This document shows, in pieces, positions 39,191 to 46,230 of a stretch of DNA of 61,265 bases (position 1 is the stretch's first letter; each line of letters begins with the position of its first letter). The stretch comes from Candidatus Acidiferrales bacterium (GTDB lineage: Bacteria > Acidobacteriota > Terriglobia > Acidiferrales > UBA7541). The stretch is taken from the NCBI GenBank assembly GCA_050747305.1, contig JBOGNS010000009.1, forward strand, positions 1-61,265, given 5' to 3'. Position numbers and translations under genes: made by a program. The notes under the pieces were generated by a model. That model searched no databases, was not told the origin of the DNA, and saw nothing but the letters and a program-made list of their open reading frames with translations.

Positions 39191-40315
39191 TCAATCCCTC
39201 ATGCTCAAGTTTCTCGGGTTCACCACCACCGATGCGCCCAGAATCTGGTACCGCCCGTTATCAAACGTGTTGCGGAACGTGTACAGAGGATCGGGGTTGG
39301 GGCGGGTACGTCCGATCAGGGAAACGCGGATCGAGCGGACCAGCGTATAATCGAAGGGGGAGGAGTAGGGCAGCCCCGCCACGCCATCCGTATCGTACGT
39401 CGCCGCGTCGTAGTTGTACGCCTCGGAGCTAGTATTGGCGCCATTCCATAAGGTAGCGCCGACTTTGAAACCGATTACTTGGTCGGCCACCACGTCCGCC
39501 ACACCGCTGACCACGCGCTCCAGCATTGGATTGTTCGGATTGGCGGTATTGACGCGGTAGCTGATCGGACGCAGCTTGATCACCCAGTCGTTGTCGCAGA
39601 ATGTGCTTCCCAGTTTGTTGTTCGGATTATTGGTAATGAAGAGCGGATCTCCGCCCGTGCCGTCGGTCGCCGTGGGGTTATGCTGCAACTGAGCCTTGCC
39701 GCCCGACGCCTGCCCGTCCTGAGAAAGCATCACGGAAGTCATTTTTGACCCGTCACTCTTGACGAAGAGCAGTTGGTCCCCGGCGGAGAAGTGGGCGGCG
39801 GTTTGTGCAGGCGTCTCTCCAGGCGCCGGATTGACAAAAGCCGTTGAACTCGTGGTGCTCACGCAGTTGGTGCCGATGTCGGTGGGGTGCACCGGCGGCA
39901 CGTTCGGGTCCGCCGCCACCACATGCATGATGTCGAAGCAAGCTGCGGTGTAAGTCTGAGTGGCGGGGTCAAAGCAACTGCCGCCACCACCGCCGCCCGC
40001 CACGCTGTTTTGCACCGTGACGCCGATCGGCCAACTGGGCACATTCGCGCCTACAAACACTCCGGTGCCGGCATTGGAGACGTCGAGCTGGATCATGGTC
40101 AGCGCGTTCCGCAGGCCCAGGTTGACGCTGGTCAGGTCCTGCTGCGACGAAAAATGGCGCGCGTGGTTGTCGAAGAGCTGAAAGGCAGCCGCCGACACGA
40201 TGCCAAAGACCGCCAGCGCCACCAGGATTTCGATCATCGAGAACCCGCGCTGCTTTCCGCTATCGCTCGAAAGGAATGTCATCGTGCGTCTCCTTGCGGT
40301 CGCCCTTACGCTCAT
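39191..40315 (-). CDS. PilW-like type IV minor pilin (prepilin-type N-terminal methylation domain)
   Basis: Class III signal ...KQRG|FSMIEILVALAVFGIVSAAAF. The ATG at 40315 overlaps the upstream stop (ATGA); an alternative ATG lies at 40282. Confidence 0.75.
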   Translation of the reverse strand: MSVRATARRRTMTFLSSDSGKQRGFSMIEILVALAVFGIVSAAAFQLFDNHARHFSSQQDLTSVNLGLRNALTMIQLDVSNAGTGVFVGANVPSWPIGVTVQNSVAGGGGGGSCFDPATQTYTAACFDIMHVVAADPNVPPVHPTDIGTNCVSTTSSTAFVNPAPGETPAQTAAHFSAGDQLLFVKSDGSKMTSVMLSQDGQASGGKAQLQHNPTATDGTGGDPLFITNNPNNKLGSTFCDNDWVIKLRPISYRVNTANPNNPMLERVVSGVADVVADQVIGFKVGATLWNGANTSSEAYNYDAATYDTDGVAGLPYSSPFDYTLVRSIRVSLIGRTRPNPDPLYTFRNTFDNGRYQILGASVVVNPRNLSMRD

Positions 40316-40902
40316 GGCCGCACCGTGCTCATCTGGAAGGTAACCGGGCCCGCCGGGTTCTGGTTGGTGACGAACACCGTGATGCGCCGCACGCCGGGGA
40401 CCGGCTGGTCACCCTCAATCGTCCAGCGACGCTTGAAGGAACTGCCTGCGGGCGCGGCGCCGCTCACGGAAGTGGTTACCGTGCCGTCCGGGGCGTGGGT
40501 CGTGGTTGTGTAGATAACGCCGCCCGACACAGGATCAATGCCGCTCACCGTTTCCGAAAAGAAGCCGGGCGTCTGACCTTCCACAATGTCATCGAAATAG
40601 GCGATGGTGGTCGCAACCCCGCCGACAACCACGTTGGCGGTGGTATCGGCCGCCAAGCTGCCCGCCGTCAGGCCGGGCCCCACTGTCACATGCGGGTCCG
40701 TCGCCGGCCAGCGGTTCAAGTCCTCCAGCTTCTCAGAGGCCAGCAGGGCTGCCAGGCTCATCTCCCGCGATTGGGCAGTATCCTTCAACGTCCGCGTGAT
40801 GAGAGCGGCGACCGCCATCAAGCCAACGGCCAGAATGCCGACCGCCAACATCACCTCGATCAACGAAAAACCGCGCGATTGTTTTTTATTGAACGCTGAC
40901 AC
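40312..40902 (-). CDS. PilV-like type IV minor pilin
   Basis: MSAFNKKQSRG|FSLIEVMLAVGILAVGLMAV, a prepilin cleavage/methylation motif. Confidence 0.75.
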   Translation of the reverse strand: MSAFNKKQSRGFSLIEVMLAVGILAVGLMAVAALITRTLKDTAQSREMSLAALLASEKLEDLNRWPATDPHVTVGPGLTAGSLAADTTANVVVGGVATTIAYFDDIVEGQTPGFFSETVSGIDPVSGGVIYTTTTHAPDGTVTTSVSGAAPAGSSFKRRWTIEGDQPVPGVRRITVFVTNQNPAGPVTFQMSTVRP

Positions 40903-41377
40903 GTCCCACCCTCGATACAGAGATAGTCTTAGTCTGCGAGCCGTAGCTCAATGCGAAACTCAGGTTGCCGACGGTAGCTTGTACTGTCCCGTTGGGGCTG
41001 AACTCCAGGCGCGTCTGCTGGCTGATCACCGCCAATCCGCCCTCGAGCGGTATCGGCCCCCCTACGTTGGCAAATGGAGCGGCAGGAACCGGGCGGTTGG
41101 ACACCTGGTAGGTGTTGGTCGCAGGCGCGAACTCAATCGCATACGGGAATCCATTGCGAATCGCCTGAAAACGAGTGGCTTGGATGGCCATGGTGGCGGC
41201 TACTACCGCGTTGCGGTAGCGGTATTGCCTTATCGTCGACTGCACCATAGGGATGCTGAAGGCCAGCAAAATCAAACTCACGACCATTACAAGGGCCAGC
41301 TCAATCATGCTGAACCCAGCGGCGGCCCGACCACCCGCCCGTTTTGCGATCATTGTCTGCTGCTGATTACCGTTCAC
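40886..41377 (-). CDS. GspH/FimT-like minor pilin
   Basis: ...RAAAG|FSMIELALVMVVSLILLAF. The GTG at 41377 is preceded by GGAGAGGGAGAG. An alternative ATG lies at 41353, and the ORF track opens at 41473. Confidence 0.7.
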   Translation of the reverse strand: MNGNQQQTMIAKRAGGRAAAGFSMIELALVMVVSLILLAFSIPMVQSTIRQYRYRNAVVAATMAIQATRFQAIRNGFPYAIEFAPATNTYQVSNRPVPAAPFANVGGPIPLEGGLAVISQQTRLEFSPNGTVQATVGNLSFALSYGSQTKTISVSRVGRVSVQ

Positions 41378-41431
41378 CGCGCTCTCCCTCTCCAAACAAG
41401 TGTCGCCTACGCTAGAAATCGAGCAAGAAGG

Positions 41432-41447
41432 AGCATTCAGTCTGCCA
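41432..41447 (-). promoter_or_regulatory. candidate sigma54 (-24/-12) promoter for the minor-pilin operon
   Basis: The minus strand reads TGGCAGACTGAATGCT, compared with the consensus TGGCAC-N5-TTGCW. GG and GC are separated by 10 nt. Lies about 55 nt upstream of the GTG at 41377. Confidence 0.3.
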
Positions 41448-41634
41448 AAGGCTAAATTATGGCGTAAGTGCATGAATATTAGTGGTTTATGTTGATTGGA
41501 GTGGTAGCCGCTATCGCGTCCAGTCGCGGGCTATGTTACAAAACGAAACGGATTGAACCCATGATCTCAGCTCCCAAGAATGCTCGCGCGGCGAGAGAGC
41601 CTGTTCCGGTGGCTCCATTTGTCGCCTTCGCCGA

Positions 41635-42789
41635 CTAGCGACAACAGGTTGCGAGGGCGAGCCTGTGGAGGACTTCAGCGCATGTGGCCACCGACCCGAG
41701 CTCGACGTATTCATCCGCACCATGCAGCCCGCGGCCGCGCGGGCCGAAAACCACGCCGGGAATTCCGGCCTCTGCCAGCAACGCGGTGTCGGTCCAGAAT
41801 GACATGCCGCAAACGTCGGGTGAGCCGGTTACCTGCCGCAACGCCGCAGCAGCAGCCGTTGCGATCGGCGCGGTCGAAGCGATTTCATACGGCTGGCGCG
41901 ACGCCAGCAACTTCACTTCGCTGCGGAAATCCCGATCGGCGCGCGCGAGCGAGGCGATCAGGCTGCGCAGCTCGCTTTCGATCTGGGCATCGGATTCCCC
42001 CGGCAGCGTGCGCCGCTCCACGTGCAAGCGGCACTCCGCCGGATAGCTCGAGAGCTCGTGTCCGCCGCTGATGAGTGACGCATGCACTGACGCGCGGCCC
42101 AGCAGCGGGTGAGGCGTGGAAACCGCCAGGCCCGCATCGAAAACTTCCAGTTGCGCGAGCACGCGGCCCATGTGCGCGATGGCATCGCGGCCTTCCTCCG
42201 GCAGGCTGCCGTGCGCCGCGCGGCCGCGCGTAGTCACTTCCAGCCATGCGTAACCCTTGTGCGCGATGCACAGACGCAGGTCCGTCGGCTCCATCACCAC
42301 TGCCGCTTCGGCGGCAACGCGCTTCACCAGGGCTTGGGTGCCGATGCTGTTGCATTCTTCGTCCACCACTGCAGCGATCACCAGCGGCCTGCCGAGTTTC
42401 GCCTTCTGCTGCGCCAAACGTGCCGCGGCAGCGCACATTGCCGCCACGCCGCTTTTGATGTCGAGTGCGCCGCGGCCGTAGAGGCGGCCGTCGCGCTCGC
42501 GCGGCGTGAATGGCTCCGGCATGTCGCCCGCGCCGACCGTGTCCATGTGCGCCACAATCAGCAACGCTGCGCGCCCGCTTTCAGGCCCGAGCCGCGCAAT
42601 CACATTTGGCCGGCTGAGCGTTTCATCGCTGCTTGCTTCCTGTAATTCGGCTTCCACGCCGTGCTTCGCAAGCCAGTCGCGCAGGAAGTGCGCTGCCTCG
42701 GCCTCGCCGCGCGCACCCGGCGCCAGCGATGGATTCACCGAATCAATCGCCACCAAATCGCAAAGCAAAGTGTGCCCGAGCATCTGCAT
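41635..42789 (-). CDS. M20 family metallopeptidase (ArgE/DapE-like deacylase)
   Basis: 384 aa. LIVAHMDTVG, VVDEECNSIG and a dimerisation-domain layout typical of ArgE/DapE. Confidence 0.8.
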   Translation of the reverse strand: MQMLGHTLLCDLVAIDSVNPSLAPGARGEAEAAHFLRDWLAKHGVEAELQEASSDETLSRPNVIARLGPESGRAALLIVAHMDTVGAGDMPEPFTPRERDGRLYGRGALDIKSGVAAMCAAAARLAQQKAKLGRPLVIAAVVDEECNSIGTQALVKRVAAEAAVVMEPTDLRLCIAHKGYAWLEVTTRGRAAHGSLPEEGRDAIAHMGRVLAQLEVFDAGLAVSTPHPLLGRASVHASLISGGHELSSYPAECRLHVERRTLPGESDAQIESELRSLIASLARADRDFRSEVKLLASRQPYEIASTAPIATAAAAALRQVTGSPDVCGMSFWTDTALLAEAGIPGVVFGPRGRGLHGADEYVELGSVATCAEVLHRLALATCCR

Positions 42790-42791
42790 AG

Positions 42792-43090
42792 GTAGGGGAA
42801 GGCCCCTGTGCCTGCCCGCTCCGGTGCTGCCTCGCTCCGGTGCTGCCCGCTCCCGTGCTGCCCGCTCCCGTGCTGCGTCGCTCGGGTGCTGCCCCGCTCC
42901 CGTACTGCCCCGCCCCTCTGCCTGCCCCGCTCCGGTGCCTGACCCCGTTTACCCTGAGCTCGCGCACAGCGAGCGAAGGGTGCCTGCCCTTTCTCGCTGC
43001 GATGCCGCACCTTCGCACGAAAGGAACGCCGCTTCTTCCCACCCAGATCGCCCTCGCGGAAGAAGTGGCGGCCACAGGGGCCGCTCCTAC
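42792..43090. repeat. 299-bp GTAGG...CCTAC-bounded composite element containing about 8 degenerate tandem 15-16-bp units
   Basis: GTAGGGGAAGGCCCCTGTGCCTGCCC at 42792. Tandem GCTCC(G/C)GTGCTGCC(C) units across 42817-42945. Several hairpins. Ends in CCACAGGGGCCGCTCCTAC at 43090. Confidence 0.8.
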
Positions 43091-44364
43091 GAAAGCACGG
43101 TCCCGCCGAACAACAGTCCGGGGCCCAGCGACGCGACAAAAATCGGTCCCGCATTGCGCCCGGCAGCGCCCGCCGACGCAAGTACCTGCGCCAGCGCCAC
43201 ACCGCAAGTCGAAGAGCCCAGATTGCCGTACGTGCGCGCCACCGGCGGAAATCTCTCCGCCGGGACGCCAAGCTGCTTCGCCAGCACGGCAACCAAGCGG
43301 GGGTTCGGCTGGTGCGTGGCAAATCCCAATGCTGACTTACGACGGAAGCCCGTGCGCAATTCAAGATCGGCAATCAACTCTTCGAGCTTGCCGACCGCGG
43401 CGCGCGAAAGCGATTCTCCTTCAAAGACCAAATCAAGCCCGTTGCGCTCGTTCATCCCGACGCGAATGGCTGCGGCGGCCGCCGCATCGCAGCCCAGGGC
43501 AACTTCCCCAACGCGGTAGTGCCCGCCCTGCCCATCGCCAGCCCCGCGCAACACGAATGCGCTGGCCCCATCGCCAAACAGCGCGCCGAATTCGCCTTTC
43601 ACGCGCGCCGGCGTAAGCTGGCGGCTATGTACGTCCGCAGTCACGATCAGCACGGTGCGAAAACGTCCGGTGAAGATGAATTGCTGTGCGACGGCCAGCG
43701 CGTTGATCACACCAAGGCAAGCGCCGCCAATATCCAGCGCCGCGGTGCGCTCATCGGCCAGCAATTGCGCGTGCAGCCGCGCACCGAGCGAAGGATAGCC
43801 AACGTGTGTCTCGCTGGTTGCGATCACGCAATCCACGTCGCCGATGCCCACGCGCGCAGTGGCCAGCGCTGCCTCCGCAGCCTGCATCGCCAGCGTGACC
43901 TCATCTTGCCCTTCCGCGACGCGCGCCACAGACTCAATGCCCGCGCCTGTGGTTATCTTGCCGCGCTTCAGCGCAAACTCGGTCTCCAGTTCCGCCGCAC
44001 TCACGCGCCGCGATGCAATCGCCGTGCCCCAGCCTGATACCGCCGCAGCAAAACCGCCTGCGGAATGCACCATGGGAGCGATTGCGGGGGCGGCCATAGT
44101 TTCCACGCGAGAGCCTTCAAGAGCTGCCACCATGGCTTTGATCGAGCGCGGTTGGTCGAGCATGCGCTCGCCGAAATCCGGATCGCCGCTGGCCGCTTCG
44201 ATGCAGCGAATCACGCCGACCCACGCCATCGAGTCCACTGCTCCGCTCTCCACCACGTCTTCCTCTGGAGCAGGTGCCTGCGCTCCCTGGGACATCTCAC
44301 GGCGTATGCATTGCTCCACGATTTCCTCTGCGCGCTGCTCGCTGATCTTTTCGCCTCGACTCAT
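43087..44364 (-). CDS. carrier-protein-like domain fused to a KASIII (FabH-like) condensing enzyme
   Basis: 425 aa. The N-terminal roughly 85 aa resemble an ACP/PCP around GAVDSMAWVGVIRCIE (Ser codon 44230-32). The remainder has the KASIII triad context DIGGACLG (Cys), THQPN (His) and YGNLGSST (Asn). Confidence 0.8.
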   Translation of the reverse strand: MSRGEKISEQRAEEIVEQCIRREMSQGAQAPAPEEDVVESGAVDSMAWVGVIRCIEAASGDPDFGERMLDQPRSIKAMVAALEGSRVETMAAPAIAPMVHSAGGFAAAVSGWGTAIASRRVSAAELETEFALKRGKITTGAGIESVARVAEGQDEVTLAMQAAEAALATARVGIGDVDCVIATSETHVGYPSLGARLHAQLLADERTAALDIGGACLGVINALAVAQQFIFTGRFRTVLIVTADVHSRQLTPARVKGEFGALFGDGASAFVLRGAGDGQGGHYRVGEVALGCDAAAAAAIRVGMNERNGLDLVFEGESLSRAAVGKLEELIADLELRTGFRRKSALGFATHQPNPRLVAVLAKQLGVPAERFPPVARTYGNLGSSTCGVALAQVLASAGAAGRNAGPIFVASLGPGLLFGGTVLS

Positions 44365-44365
44365 C

Positions 44366-45088
44366 TCAGACCCGGGACGCCTCGAACTCGCCCACCCACG
44401 ACTTGCGCGGCAACGGAAAGAGGGTATCCACCATCAACTGGCAGCGGCCCCAGCGCGGAGGATGCGGGCGCGTCAGGCCGATGCGCACAAACAAGTCCGG
44501 CTCGGATTGCAAGCGCTCGCCCAGATAGCGATTGAGGCGCTGAAAACGGTTGGCGCCCTCTATTTTTCCCAGCAGCGTCTCTACATAGCGGTGCCAACTG
44601 CGATCCACGACCGGCAGGTCCGGCAGCAAATCGCCCGAAGCCAGCGCAACATGCGCCCGAAGCTGCGTGGCTTCCCACTTCAATCGCACGCGGCCGGCGC
44701 GTGCGCCGCAAATCGAGCGGCACCCTTTAGGGGCGTGAATCGAAGCGCCGGTCTTCCCGGGCCGCACCGCGCAGCCAAACAATTCCGAAACGCGTGGCGC
44801 CATTTCCGCCTGCGCCATACACGCCAGCAACTCCTCTTCGGAGAGGTAGCCGGCTTGCCCAAGCACGCCCCCGGTCAGCCGATCCTCAACGTGCGGCCGA
44901 ATCACCTCAACCGCGGTGAAATTGAATTGAAGCTTATCTCCCCGTCGATAGGCGAAGCTTTGCGGCCAGGCGTGGCCCGACGGCGGCATGGGACGAACCG
45001 ACCGAAAGCCGTTGCCGTGCGGCTCGAGTCCGATTACGCAGTAACCGCCGGCCATGCGCGTGATGTCACTGAGAATCAGTTCGGTCAT
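44366..45088 (-). CDS. hypothetical protein (no family recognised)
   Basis: 240 aa from the ATG at 45088 (MTELILSDITRMAGGYCVIGLEPHGNGFRSVRP...). Balanced composition, unlike the antisense ORF. The start overlaps the upstream gene by 23 nt, and the stop is 1 nt from the downstream start. Confidence 0.6.
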   Translation of the reverse strand: MTELILSDITRMAGGYCVIGLEPHGNGFRSVRPMPPSGHAWPQSFAYRRGDKLQFNFTAVEVIRPHVEDRLTGGVLGQAGYLSEEELLACMAQAEMAPRVSELFGCAVRPGKTGASIHAPKGCRSICGARAGRVRLKWEATQLRAHVALASGDLLPDLPVVDRSWHRYVETLLGKIEGANRFQRLNRYLGERLQSEPDLFVRIGLTRPHPPRWGRCQLMVDTLFPLPRKSWVGEFEASRV

Positions 45089-45587
45089 CGAGGGCTCGCT
45101 GGGCTTTGCGAGATTTCTTTTTGTGTGGCTCGGAAACAAGGTGACGGATCTCGATGTCATGGCCCTGTCCGCGCCAATGCTCAGCGCAAAGTTCCGCCAC
45201 AAGCCGGCGATGGCATTTCTCCGGGCCAGGTTCAGAGCATAACAACGCCACTGTGCCGGTGAATTCGCGCGCATCGAGCGAGCCGGGGATGTTGCGCTCG
45301 CGCATCAGCGCGAGGAACGCGGGCTCGTACTGCGGCCAATCACGCGTGGCGCGGTATGCTGCGCGGATTTCAGGCGACGGCGCGAGGCGTAGCTCGTGGA
45401 CGTAGGCAATACCGGCAACGGTGCGGAGAAAAAATTCGATGTCAGGATGCTTTGCGTAACCGGAAAGCTGCCCGCCGCGGTTTTCGCGCACATCGATCAC
45501 TTTCTGCACGCCAGCTTCCGTAAGCAGGCGGAAAAAATCTTCCGCGCTCTTCCCCGCGAAACCGATAGTGCAGAGCGTGAAGTGCAT
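45066..45587 (-). CDS. DUF488 family protein
   Basis: 173 aa. MHFTLCTIGFAGKSAEDFFRLL...VIDVRE... and the C-terminal hallmark LLCSEPGPEKCHRRLVAE. Confidence 0.8.
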   Translation of the reverse strand: MHFTLCTIGFAGKSAEDFFRLLTEAGVQKVIDVRENRGGQLSGYAKHPDIEFFLRTVAGIAYVHELRLAPSPEIRAAYRATRDWPQYEPAFLALMRERNIPGSLDAREFTGTVALLCSEPGPEKCHRRLVAELCAEHWRGQGHDIEIRHLVSEPHKKKSRKAQRALDDRTDSQ

Positions 45588-45600
45588 CGGCGGGCATAGG

Positions 45601-46215
45601 CTACCACACGTCTACGGCTTGCGGGTCGGCTCGAAAGGCGCACTTCTCGGCCTGCGCGACGTATGCATCTTCCAGCGACCCTTGGCGGTCAGCCGCAAAA
45701 AGCGAATCAGAACGCACGTCGCTGAAATGCACGGCGGCAAGCAGGCGGTCTTCGGCCTGCTGCTGCGATTCCAGCACAGCATCCTTGCGGATATGGTGCG
45801 GCTCGATCCCCAGCGCGATCAGCTCGGGGCAAATCATCAGGAAGCGATGACAGGTGATGGGGTCTTCTTCGGCGCACATCAGTACGAGTGGCTGCTTTTC
45901 CAGCTCCAGCGCAACGCGCTCGAGGCCCGCGCAAAAACCGTAGGACTTGCGCCGCGCCCTGTAATTCACGAGGCCGTCAGCGCGATAGGCTTTGGGATCG
46001 TCGGGCCGCCCGCCTAATTCCTCGCCGAGAAAAAGATACGCGAGGCCCGCATCGCGCAAGCCCATCTCAAACTCCGGCTGGCTGAACTGCGGATGGCGCA
46101 TGCTGCGCGGCCGGCTGCGCACGTCAGCCACGGCCCGTACGGCATGCTGCTGCAGCGCATAAACGAAATGAGGCAGCGAGAGATTCGAATGGCCGATGGT
46201 GAAGAGGGAGTGCAT
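45601..46215 (-). CDS. DUF488 family protein (divergent paralogue)
   Basis: 204 aa. LFTIGHSNLSLPHFVYALQQHAVRAVADVRS... and LMCAEEDPITCHRFLMI. Confidence 0.8.
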   Translation of the reverse strand: MHSLFTIGHSNLSLPHFVYALQQHAVRAVADVRSRPRSMRHPQFSQPEFEMGLRDAGLAYLFLGEELGGRPDDPKAYRADGLVNYRARRKSYGFCAGLERVALELEKQPLVLMCAEEDPITCHRFLMICPELIALGIEPHHIRKDAVLESQQQAEDRLLAAVHFSDVRSDSLFAADRQGSLEDAYVAQAEKCAFRADPQAVDVW

Positions 46216-46230
46216 GACGATTGAGCTCGC

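Noticed and set aside
42817-42945. Possible CRISPR array
   Set aside because: The units are only 15-16 bp, directly abutting with no spacers, and degenerate. No cas genes are in the window. It is better described as a tandem micro-repeat inside a REP composite.
43844-45262. 472-aa plus-strand ORF
   Set aside because: It is antisense to the carrier-KASIII gene and the unknown gene. Its composition is Ala/Ser/Arg/Pro-rich, whereas the minus-strand products have catalytic motifs and balanced composition.
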